64,000 nt of DNA. Origin: Iphione sp. A-MEVVRFRX5. Its lineage: Eukaryota. The notes beneath the pieces were generated by a model, which worked only from the letters and a program-made list of their open reading frames with translations, searched no databases and was not told where the DNA came from. The translations under genes and the position numbers were made by a program. Below are positions 49,330-61,033 of this stretch, piece after piece. Position 1 is the first letter of the stretch. Each line of letters begins with the position of its first letter. Location of the stretch: assembly GCA_976226885.1 (NCBI GenBank), contig OZ320319.1:62744001-62808000 (forward strand), given 5' to 3'.

Positions 49330-49613
49330 CAGGCCCATAGCCATCAGGGGTATCTTCAGATACCCCCCAGAAGGCTCATGAGTTCCACCCGCAGAAAAAA
49401 ATGCTTCAGAAGACTGGGAAAAGTGTAAATTTCAGGCAAATTTGGCAGTAAAACAGCAAAACTGGTGAACAGATGTGAGGAAAAGTGAGGAAATATGTTT
49501 CTTTTTGCATGAAACATAGCTAACATGGCTGTAATGCTTGTCAGGAGTTCCACTTCTTTAACCACCTCTCTAAATTCAGATACCCCCCACAAAAATTCCT
49601 GGCTACGGGCCTG
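49330..49613. mobile_element. MITE with 5-bp TSD (family copy 1)
   Basis: TTCAG|CAGGCCCATAGCCA ... TGGCTACGGGCCTG|TTCAG; subterminal GATACCCCCC motifs. Confidence 0.8.
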
Positions 49614-49751
49614 TTCAGTACAACCCATTGAATTCTTTCATTGATACAATGTAAATGGATGGATTACAATAATGCATTGCTGAAAATGAAAATCTGTAAT
49701 GAACAATGGAGACATTGTATCGGACAAAAGGGGTAAATTCAAATAACGTAC

Positions 49752-49994
49752 CAGCTAAAGTCACCTGGCCATCACCATCACCATCCGTCTCCCTCACCAT
49801 GTCGGCTATTTCCTCTGGGTTCAGGTCGGTTCGCAGGTCGCCCATCCGTTTCTCCAAGTCCTCAGCGGTAATGTATCCCTTGTTGTCCTGGTCATAGGTG
49901 CGAAAGGCCGCCCGGATGTCCTCATCTGTATCCGGTTCCTGTAGCTTGCGTGTCATCATCGCTACAAACTCCTCGAACTCGATGGTGCCGTTTC
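49752..49994 (-). CDS. Calmodulin-like gene C exon 4
   Basis: GNGTIEFEEFVAMMTRK..AFRTYDQDNKGYITAEDL..ETDGDGDGQVTLA. Confidence 0.93.
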
Positions 49995-50203
49995 CTGAAA
50001 GAAGGGTTACGCGAGATTTAAAGGCGCTGGATCTATCATTCATATACTCTTTGACATCCCACCTTGGAACAATAGTTATCACGTGCAATTATAGTCAAAT
50101 ATCAACCCAGTCCTGCAAGAGCTGGAACAAGTACATGTACTTGTATCTATGATTAAAATGTATTACCGCTAAGGACTTCTTTTGCTGCCAGCTGGACACC
50201 TAC

Positions 50204-50347
50204 CATCGTCATCTACAGCATTGATGAGATCCTGCACTTCAGCTTCCGTGGGGTTTTGACCCAATGCACGCATGATCCTGAACAACTTCCGGGTGGTAAT
50301 GGTGCCCTCTCCCTCGGCATCAAACACATCAAAGGCCTCTTGAAGGT
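50204..50347 (-). CDS. Calmodulin-like gene C exon 3
   Basis: [48 protein letters not shown]. Confidence 0.93.
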
Positions 50348-52085
50348 CTAACACATGTATGGGAGAAAGGCACAAACATGAAAACACCTTATAAGTAAGA
50401 ACGTGGTCTGTAGCTGAAAGCCAGATCATCTGACACGGCAGACAAGGAAGTATTTGGTTTTAAAATGTATTGAACATTTTCAGGTCTGATAATGCCGATA
50501 AAAGAAGCTGACATGAATATGGATGGGTCAGGGTATGGCCAAACTCCTCTAGTTGGCTGCTATGATCTCTGATGAATCACACTTCTGATTTTCTATCGGG
50601 AGTGTCTATGAAACCATGAACATTTCCTGAGCGAGCAATATGCCTCTCTTAAATGAAAGAATGACACCGAAATTACAATCTTATTCATAGAGACCGGGCC
50701 AATACACATCCACTGAATCTAGCACATGTGCTTTTAATCTTAACTGTCAATCCTTACTCTGCCTGATAACTTCACGCAAGACATGAGTGACCAAACAGGT
50801 TCCTATTTACATAGAGCGCAGGATAAAATATACTTACTGGAGCATTTTTGGTGACCAAGTAATCATTAACTATGTCATTTTCAATTCACGTACATGCAAT
50901 TTTAATTTTAATTTATTTTGTAACATTTTGTTAAGTGTGTGTCCATTTTGATAATATCGGATATAAAGCCCATTCTAACCAAGTAAATTCCATCGTAGTG
51001 TAAAGCAAGCCCAGAGAAAGCAAGGCAGAGTAACCAATTGACTCATGACCCAAGCCCTGCCCTCGGATGCATAGCGTACATAGGCAGTTGGCATCTTTCC
51101 CGGGCATGACATGCACATGTTCCAGTGGGAGACAGTCGAGGTTGAAAACTATCTCGTTGATCGAGCAGGTATTTCAATGTATTCAAAAAGGCCTGCGTGT
51201 ATCTCTATATGTTCAACAGAGGTCATTTTTATACGAGACACTATAGAGTCAGTCGACACTGAACCTCATCTAATACAGCGACGACTTGATAGTTACGGAG
51301 AAACATAAGCTTATACTGATTAATAAAAAAAATCTCTGTTTGCACTGTTTATAATCTCTGTTTGCACTATTCATAATCTATATATAGTATCCACCTTAAA
51401 GTATTGAATACATTATTGGCTGCTACTGTTCATATATACATTTTGTAAGCTCCATATGCATGTATATTAAGCTGTAATGACCAAACTTTCGAGAGGCCAA
51501 CTTTTGCTTCTTTAGAACGTCCTGGGCCGCAGTCGCACATTATGAATTTGTACACTTCAGCCTCGGCTTCCTCGGTACAAACAGTCTCCCAACACATGTG
51601 CATACAAATGCAAGAACAAATATCTACACATTATTCGGACCTCGCGTTTGAACAACCTTGTCTATATGTGTATAGAAGTGGTCGGCCAATCTCGTTTGTT
51701 TGACGCTTCAGTGCAGAGCTAATAAAGCATGCGTATCCGTTATCCCTGACTGAACACATAGCTACTGTAGAATACAAATATGCAGGGGAACATAGGTTCA
51801 AATGCCTTGGAAGTTTAACTACTAAACGGGCAAGATGAACTGGAACATGGCCTTTGTAAATAGCTATAGGTCCGTACATTAGTTTCACATCTTTTGCTCT
51901 TCATATGTATACATGTATACATACATAGCCTACATATATCTATATATGAAGGCATTGCACATGTTAGTATACACATGAACAAACTACTGATAGGAAATAC
52001 ATGGTAGATAAAAAGGTAGATCTGTCACGTGTAAATGTACCTGTGTAATCGTTTAACACTGATCGATTCAGCGATCTAACAACAG

Positions 52086-52273
52086 GTTGTACAACTGATG
52101 GTATGTCTAGTATAACAGTATCTCTGTGACAACCAGCACTGTTTTCAAGTTGTACAACTGATGGTATGTCTAGTATAACAATATCTCTGTGACAACCAGC
52201 ACTGTTTTCAAGTTGTACAACTGATGGTATGTCTAGTATAACAATATCTCTGTGACAACCAGCACTGTTTTCA
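52086..52273. repeat. 63-bp tandem repeat x3
   Basis: Units at 52086, 52149, 52212, nearly identical, no spacers. Confidence 0.95.
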
Positions 52274-52460
52274 GGACTTTTTGTGTACACTCTATTCTCC
52301 ACTCCTCTGTCAGTGTCATTCGGGGTAAGGTTTATTCACAACATTTCGAACAGATATTTCCCACATTGATGGCGAGTGTCTCCGACACAGACAGAGGGGG
52401 CTTGGGAGAGGGAACGAAAGAGAAAAGAAGAGACACGGGAAGTTCCAGGGTATAACTCAC

Positions 52461-52527
52461 CTGCCATTTGCTCCTCGTTCAGTCCAGCCCCCTCAGTGGG
52501 AGTGCCACCATCTTCATCCTCTGAAGC
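52461..52527 (-). CDS. Calmodulin-like gene C exon 2 (acidic N-terminal arm)
   Basis: ASEDEDGGTPTEGAGLNEEQMA, analogous to calmodulin LTEEQIA; phases 0/1. Confidence 0.85.
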
Positions 52528-53052
52528 CTGCAGTATGGCAATAGTAAAGTGCATTACTAATTCACACCAACACAAATAAATGGCTGTGCTAGCGAAAGAA
52601 AGGGACCTATGCAATGCCCAAAACAACTAAACGCACGTAGATATTCCGCTTGGATACAGTTTATTTGAAAGGCCTCTGATTACGTGCACCTGAACAACCA
52701 GATCTTGCATCAAGGGTCTCGATTAGATGTCGATGCAAAAAGAATGATGGTAACAAGGTAAATACATTTGCTTCTTGACGTAGAAAATACAGAAAAGATC
52801 GATTTTACTGGGTTAATTTACCCTGAAGGGATTGGCAGATATGCTATGCACAAAGTCTACAACGCCAGCCGTAAATCACAAGGTTTGTGACAGGGTCGAC
52901 CTGAATAATAAAACACTCGAGTAGTGTGACAAATAACTTAACCATACAGCATCCATTAATCCTGTAGAATGATATCGTATGAATAAGGGCTTAGTGACTA
53001 CTCTGTTCTGATATAAGAATGTTTCAACCTTGTAAATTGCCCTCTCACACAG

Positions 53053-53212
53053 CAGGCCCACAGCCAAGGGGGTATCGGGGGTATCGGACGATACCCCCCA
53101 CAGACATTGATGACTATACACCTTTATATGGATTTTAAAAAATTAGTTCCACCCCTGCTGTATTGGGGCTATCGTCCGATACCCCCCATAAAATGTCCTG
53201 GCTACGGGCCTG
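53053..53212. mobile_element. MITE with 5-bp TSD (family copy 2)
   Basis: CACAG|CAGGCCCACAGCCA ... TGGCTACGGGCCTG|CACAG; same ends and GATACCCCCC motifs as 49330-49613. Confidence 0.8.
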
Positions 53213-53562
53213 CACAGTAAGCTCCAACATTTATTGTCGACATAGATATGATTTCCTCATTTTAGGTGATGTATCCCTAGATGTTTCTCTAAAACAATGT
53301 TTCGTATAGATCGAATACATCACTGTGTATTATTTTTGCACATATATACTCCATAAGTGGAGGCTGAATTACGTAAATGTGTCGTGTTTAATCTATTTTT
53401 ACTTGATTTGGTTATTGGTTCAGTTTGTAATACATTTCCCTCAATTTTCGTTTAACAGTCCTTTCTACTGACTTGTACCAAGTGACGTTTATCGAAGTTC
53501 TGCGATAAAATATCAAGTAGAATCATACCGTTGGGATCACTGATTCGAAATATGGAACTCAC

Positions 53563-53565
53563 CAT
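53563..53565 (-). CDS. Calmodulin-like gene C, ATG-only first coding exon
   Basis: GAAAAATG|gtgagt on the minus strand; phase 0. Confidence 0.65.
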
Positions 53566-55094
53566 TTTTCTCGATGTAGGCTGGCGATAATATCCACTTG
53601 TCCTGGTGACCAGGGAAGTATTGGTGGTCACATTCCAGAAGAAACCGAAGACCTAAACTAGTTGCCCATTAGTCCCTTGATCTTTGCTGCTGAAACGCAA
53701 GTGGCAAAACTGACCTCTATATACATGTACATGTATATGCATGCCTCTTATAACGGTAAAATGTATGTAATGTAATCCTCTTCACTCACCGAACTCAACA
53801 GTAATCGTCTAGAAGTGGGAACCGCGGTCTGTCCCAGGGGTGGCGCCTTGTAATATGCTGTGTATGCGCATGTCCTGGGATGACTATAAGTGCGAACGCT
53901 GTGCGAACGCTCGCCCGTGGGTCGAATACACATTTGCCTACATAGGTAAGGTAGCGCGTCGCGGAGAACAAACACTACTCGGAGACATGACACCTAACTC
54001 CACCAAAGTGTGTGCCTTCTCAGCTGACCAGGGACGTGAACGGTTCTCCACAATCCGCTCGTTTAGCTGCTCGTCAAGTCGCTATTTTGACGTGTCCTCC
54101 CTTGAACTGTAGCAAAATTAGTCTAGCAATCGAACAGATCACAATAGAAATCCGTGGAGAAATTTAGCACACAAAATTCGGACAACCAAGACGATTTAAT
54201 AAGTATGCTTTAATGTTTTACGAATACCGAACTGACCGATGCTCTATGGGAACTTCATCAGGAGAGTTGTTGAAGTCAAATTGTCGTGTTTGTGTGAGCA
54301 GGACCTAACTGATATGTGTAGCTAGAAGGATGATAATGTGTGCTGCAGTACGTGTTCCCAACATACGCGTACATGTATATAGGCGGTATGCAATTTACCT
54401 GCTGCGGCGCCTGGTCCTTTCAAGTTTGATTGAAAACTTGGTCTATTTGCTATGTTCTTAAATAATGTTCTTCCCCACCGTCAACAGTTTGTCGTGATCT
54501 TATCCTGGGGAGGCATTCTGAAAGAGACGGGGTTGTTACCCATGCACATGAACAGGTGGGACAAGTCAAGTGATCGGGCAAACGGAGAAATGGGGAAGTG
54601 CAGCAAGAGGAACATTTGGATTGAAATATAGATCTATGTACAGATTGATGGCCAAGCTGTTGGGAGCGCAGAATCACTGAAAATATCCATGGGTCTACCT
54701 GGAATGCTGCTATGTTTGTCCTATTAATGCGATTTGAACGCAAATTTAAATCATTAGCATTCAACGGCGTATTGCCTAAGGGGCATTCAACCACGCAAAT
54801 TGGACGGTAAGCTCCTGAGAGTAGTTCTAAGCCCAATCAATCATATTTAATCCTTTTCTTGCCATGCACTGGGCAGAATACATTTGCATGTATATAGTCC
54901 CTTACCAGTCAGTCACAGCAAGTCCCACAACACGTTCATGAGGAGGTAAATCATCATACATTCGCCCCTTAAATAATGAGTGGAATTCCCCACTACGCTC
55001 CAATGTGTACACTACGTTTTACTGGGTTATGCTTGATCCATTATTGAATACAGAAGCCATTTTTGCTCAATTCAAAATGGTTCATGGCACAATT

Positions 55095-55423
55095 AGACAT
55101 AAAAAAACTATCTGTGTTTCCGCTAACATATTAAAATATGATGGGGTCGGTGTGTAGGTGGAATTTACTATTTTTCTCTTTTTTTGCTGTGTTAATTAAT
55201 ACTGAAAATCACAAGATTACACGGGAATATCACTTCTACTGCTTACATTTTAATGAAAGTGGTAATAGGTGAAAGCTAAGATTGTAAGGAAGATGGCATA
55301 TAGTATAAGTTTTCATCCTTATGCTTTTTGAAGATATTCACAAACGAAGAAAAAAAATGTTCCAGTAGTGCAAAAATCTGGGTCAGTCGGGTTACCAGAA
55401 ACAGATAATCTTTTTACTAGGCC
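55095..55423. mobile_element. Degenerate Kolobok-like (TTAA-associated) MITE
   Basis: Left atctgtgtttccgctaac vs right gttaccagaaacagat..taggcc|ttaa; the left end is eroded. Confidence 0.4.
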
Positions 55424-55774
55424 TTAATTCTTTGGATCATGCGAAAACCTAATGAAGACTCCCCGACCTTACATGATTTGTTTTATTTATAAGATTTAAG
55501 ATTAGTTTCAGTATCACCTAACGTGAACTTCACATTTAACGATATAAGTAAAATGACTATTTCATGTCTAATTGTGAGGTGATTTTGATATAAGTGTGGC
55601 CATTATTTACACTAAGGCAGGTTTTCTGTGTGCACCATCTTTTTCCAGCGTCATTCTGAAATGCATGGGTATTGTGGAGATGGTCACAGCCCCTGACAAT
55701 TTGTGCATGTAAGTTGTACCCTATGACTCCAGGTTGGCTAAGTGTTCATGCTTCCATGACCACTGTGCATGAAC

Positions 55775-58700
55775 GTTCAGTTTAAAGTTTAAAGTTCATT
55801 GGTTCCCAACCCAGACAATGTCCGGGGCATTCCGGCGAATACACAAGATGAGTGTACAATTATTGTAAGAGTGTTATTTCACAGTGACTTTACCTATACA
55901 TGCAGTATAACATATCACTTCCAATTATACTGTCAAGTTAGTATAATATGCAATAGTTGAAGCTTTCAATTGACGCGTAGCCTTGTTTTCTTTTGATATT
56001 ACATTCCAACATTTAATCCCCTTAGTTATAAAACTATCTCTCATCAATTTGAGTCTTAGCTTTTCAACAGGGATGGTCTTTTCTTGTTCTTCCTTTGGCT
56101 TCCGGTTTTAGAACCCCCAGCACTTGTAGTCTATGAATGAGCTGAGTAGACCTAATTAATGCTAGATCTTTCAGGATGAAAACAGACAATTTACGCTTGG
56201 TGATGTAATTGATACTTTCCAATAACTTCAGGGAGTATAATTCGTCTTAGGGCATTATTATACTTTATCTGTAGAGCCACTTGAGTCTTCATTGTAGCCC
56301 CAGTTATGAATGGCAAGCCCTGAAGAAACAATGGGTGCATAAAACCAAAAAACGCTTCAACTCTAGCATAAAATGCTAGAAATTTCACTAATTTTGAAAG
56401 ACCACGTATCCTCAATCGGACCGGCCTTCTAATGTACTGTACATGAAGTGACCAAGACAGTGAACAATCAAGTACATATCCCAAAAATTTTGGATTTTCT
56501 TTGACTAGCCCCTTCCCATGCAGCGGGGTATCTAGCTGATGGTTTTTACTTTTCCCAAAGCAGCAATAAGTAGTTTTCTTTTTATTAAATTTCAAGCCAT
56601 TCCGTGTCGCCCAATTAGAAATATGCTGTACTCCTCATTGTAATTTCAAATTAAGAGCGATTATATTGCTGGCTGAGGAATATATAGTAACATTATCGGC
56701 GTACATGATACATCGTGAAATTACCAGACCTTTTGGTACATCATTAACCATTAAACTAAACAGCAGGGGCCCAAGGATGCTCCCTTGTGGTACTCCTTGT
56801 GCAACTGGGAGTACCTGAGATGACGAGGAGTTGCATGAAACATATTGTGTTCTGACAGTTAAATATGAGTTCAATAGTTTTAGTCACCCTGTTCGAAAGC
56901 CCATGCTATTCATTTTGTTTAATAGAATATTATGATTGACACCACCAAAAGCCTTGGTAAAGTGGACTTAGATCGCACCGAAATGCTGCTGTGATTTGTT
57001 AATGGCTAATTATGCATCATGTAAGAATGTTGCTGCTGCTGTATCTGTGCCCTTCCTTGGTGTAAATCCATGCTGGTTCTCAACCAATAAGTTCTTAACC
57101 TTTAGAAACGAGACTATTTGGTCATATATGATTCTTTCATATATCTTTCTCACTACTGAGAGAATTGCTATCGGGTGATAGTTGGACTTCAGAATTGTGG
57201 AACCTTTTTTATGGATAGGACTTATTCTTGCATATTTCCAATGGGGAGGAAATTCTCTGGTGGCTATCAAGTCGTTCAATATACATGTATCTCTTAAATT
57301 CGCAATGACTAACACGAGTCCATCCATTAGCAACCTCATAGGAATCCCTACCATTCCAGTGGGTATATTTTCTTTCAAGGACTTCACATATATATAAATC
57401 TTATTGGTAACCAGTTTGAACTTACTGTTGTTAGAGAAGGATTCACAGTCAACAGATACCAACGACAATATATTCGACGCAGTTTCAATAAAGAACTGAT
57501 TCAATACACCTGGAACAGATTCTTTGGAGTACCAATTGTCGCCGTCTTTCAATTTAACCGATTATTAGGTCAATTTGTACCCAGAGCATGTGATAGCCCA
57601 ATATCTTTTTGAGTCTGCACATTCTAACAACTTCGTAGACCAATAACCATGTTTCGCTTTATCAACTTGAACTTTGACTAAATTTTTTATAAAACTTTGC
57701 TATTCTATAGTCATCAACATTGTTGTAGTGTCTGTATCTTTTGAGATAATAGTCACCATTTTTAATATTTTCCATGATCTCCACTGTCATCCAGGGTTCC
57801 TTACGTCGCTCTCTCACTCTCCTTACCAGACACAGGTCAGTCGCTGCATTCCGAAGTCCCTCCTCGAGGAGCTGCCATCTATCCGCAGCATCCACATCTT
57901 CTGGAAAGCACTTAGGGAGATATTCAGCAATATCAATTGGATTGTATTTCAACCAACACCATCTCTCTTTACTCTCAGCCGATTTTTGGGGGGAACCTTT
58001 CTTATTTAGGAGAAACACTGGAATATGGTCACTCATGAACATTGGTATGACATCACAATCTTTGGCATATTTTATATTTGTAAAAATGAGGTCTAAATAG
58101 GATTTACTACTTGGGTAGATTATTGTTGTGGTAGAAATAATTTGGCGAGCGTCTATTTTCGAAAATAAATTTTCAAGTTCCCTTTTCGGCTGAGAGGAAG
58201 CACTTCAATTTACATTAAAGTCACCTCCAATGATCATGTCTGGGTTGCCCTTGGTACTAAGATGTGCCAAGCAGTTATTTAAATAATCCATAACAACACA
58301 AAAATACGGTTCCAACTATCAATGGTTTTCTGTTAATTTGAGTTATTTTGAGCCATACCGCTTGAACTGCTTGTGAGCATATGTTGAAATCAGTTAATTC
58401 CTCCACCATTACTGATTCTGGAATAAAGCCAAAGATACCTCCTCCATTCCTCTTCCTTAACCCCATACGATCTTACCTAAACAGTTGGTACCCACTCAGA
58501 CAAATCATGGACTCTGTAAAGCACTATACCCATGGATCCGAACCTTCCGCACCTGCCACTCTGTGTGTGGAGACCAGGATGTCCGGCCCAAGCAGTTTAG
58601 ATACAACTATACCCATGTGTGCAGGCTACCCAGACCCGCCACCTGCTGCGTGCAGGACGATCCATGTTCGTCTGGTCTTCCAGCATACCCCACCACCTGA

Positions 58701-59250
58701 TGTGTGTTGGGGATAGGTGTGTGTGTATGTGTGTGTATGTGTGCATATCTCACTGGATTTCTGTCAAATTTGTGTAAGTAATGTGTTTTTATGCAAATCT
58801 CATTGAATTCCTGTCAGATTTGTGTAAAAAATGTGTATTTTTGCAGATCTCATTTAATTCCTGTCAAATTTGTGTCAATAATGTGTTTTTTGTGCAGATC
58901 TCACTGAATTCCTGTCAAATTTGTGTAAATGATGTGTTTATGTGCAGATCTCAATGAATTTCTGTCTATTCTGTTCTATTCTGTTCTATTCTATTCTATT
59001 CTCAGCCCACACGAGGTGGCGAATATTTCACACACATGGGGGTAGACTCCGCCACCTGTTGCGGATAGGTCTGGGAAGCCCGCACCATGCCACAATTTGC
59101 ATGCGGATAATTCGAATCCATGGGTATAGCGCTTAATGGTGGGCGTCAGCCAGGTATCAGTCAGGCTCACTACAAGTGGATTGTTTTCCAACAATACATC
59201 AAATAAATTTGACTTATTTACCCAGCTATGGGAGTTCAAAAACAATTTTT
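55775..59250 (-). pseudogene. Degenerate CR1/L2-type LINE ORF2 (APE-RT) with 3' tandem tail
   Basis: Fragments FLNSHS..TDTWL, GYQLFR*DR..GGG, GDFN, SDHIP, NYHPIAIL, QHGF, GVPQGSILGP, YADN with stops and frameshifts; 3' end AATGAAC(TTTAAAC)2; interrupted by a MITE. Confidence 0.88.
58520..59133. mobile_element. PIF/Harbinger-like (Tourist-type) MITE with internal 50-bp array
   Basis: TAA|AGCACTATACCCATGGATCCGAA ... TTCGAATCCATGGGTATAGCGCT|TAA; 50-51-bp units at 58743, 58793, 58843, 58894, 58944; (CTATT)n. Confidence 0.87.
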
Positions 59251-59663
59251 CTACCTCTCATATTGGGTAGGTGCATTAGTAGTGAATGAGACAAATGTTA
59301 AGTCCCCCACAAACCCAGGGGGCTGACTATATTCCTTCTCTCAGGAGATTCGCAAGAATTGAAATCCTAAATTGTTTAACCCACAAAACTGAGACTTCTG
59401 TTGCTTGGTGGCAGCCATCGTATAAATTCATATACAAATTTACCATTCTTCCCTGCTTTAGTCTACGAATAGGCGACCATGTATTTGGGGTGAAAATATT
59501 TTGTTGACCGTTGAATTGCTTATCCGTTATATCTACTACCCAAATAGTGTCATTTAGCGTTGTCTTGGCTGATTCTGAATACGTTTTTGGAGAATAATGT
59601 CTTATATCCACCCAAACTATAGGACATATTACTATAGGACATATAAGTTTTGCACCAGTGTAA

Positions 59664-59888
59664 AGGGGGGGAGGGACAACTAATTTGGTGAATCGTTATT
59701 GGGTGAACTGAATTCTTGGTGAACCGTTATTTGTCCTCTGAATTGACCGCCAAATGTTCTCCAGCATTTACTGGTAAACAGTTATCAAAGAATTATTTAT
59801 TGGTGAAGCGTTATCTGCTCCCTTTTTAAGCATTATTGCTGATTTGAATTCTTGGTGAAGTGTTATTGGGTACCCCCTGTCCCCCCCT
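59664..59888. repeat. Small element with G/C-tract inverted ends and repeated TTGGTGAANNGTTAT motifs
   Basis: agggggggagggaca ... tgtccccccct; four to five motif copies inside. Confidence 0.5.
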
Positions 59889-61033
59889 GTGTCTGACTAG
59901 CAAGTCATTCAATTTCAGACAGTAGGGTATTGTATCTCAATAGATAGTCTCCCACTGAGAAATGTCGCAGTGATAAAGTGTTGTTACTTTGACTAGTATA
60001 TCTCAAACTCCCATAAATATCACAACTAAATTATTTTGTCTTACCCAGGGTGCTACTAACATCGTGAATAGTCTCTTGTATTGTAAGCCTGGTATTACCA
60101 CAAAATTTAATATGTAGAGTGTTTCAGATGATCATATAATACAGCAGGTTCGGCAAGAAAAAGCGTACTTCCTGTTCTGTGTGCAGTTGTCTACATGTTT
60201 GACTCTAATGCTTCTATTATAACTAATGCTTCATACAGAGACAAATCTTTTGGCACACATATTCCTATACTACTGAAATATATTTCAAATGAAATGACAA
60301 GTGTGTAAGGTGTCTTAATAATTAGAGAGACTGCTTAGAACCTCTCCTATTTTTGATTGTGGTTATGGTAAACTAAATTTGTCTCTGACTAATGTGAAAC
60401 TACACAATAAGTAAAATCCTTTCGAGTACACAGAGAAACACATCAATTATCCTTTGCTGATATTTTTTTATTTTTGAATAATTCAAACAGAGTTCTTCTA
60501 ATATCACCCACCATGGCTTGTCATGGCAAAACAAAAACAAACCTGACTGAGAGTGAGGCTAGCCCCCTTCCCAGGTAGTTTTTATGTAATAACAAAATAA
60601 ATAGGGATCATATACTCTTGAAAACTTCAGAAAATAATGCTATATCCCTTTTCTATGATTTTACATAAAGAAATTAACTTTATCAGGGTGTTTTTAATTA
60701 CACTGAAGGCTTTATTGAACATACTGTATGGGGATGTACGCACCGGAAGTACTTTTTTTTTGCCAAGGTCAGAGTATTATGAGATTCTCTGAAATGGCCC
60801 ATGGGGAGGCTAAGGTGGGGGACAACCAGCTTAGGCTACTATAACTGAGGCAAGGGTCAGAGGGCAGTAGTGGGCTGCCAAGTGGTGCCACATAGGTAGT
60901 GACCAGGCAACTAGGTGGAGGCCCTGAGGGGGCCAGTCAGTCTGCCTTCAGCCCTCACTGGAGTAAGGCAGGCTCAGGCCCATTGTGTACCATTGTGTGA
61001 CCTAGGTCTGAACTAGGTAAAAGTATAAAAGCG

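Noticed and set aside
52086-52273. CRISPR-like array (also 34125-34405 and 58743-58966)
   Set aside because: Head-to-tail repeats without unique spacers, eukaryotic context, no cas genes.
51964-52302. 112-aa ORF with a repeated LENSAGCHRD peptide; likewise 30784-31143
   Set aside because: Produced by tandem repeats whose period is a multiple of 3 (63 and 144 bp) inside introns.
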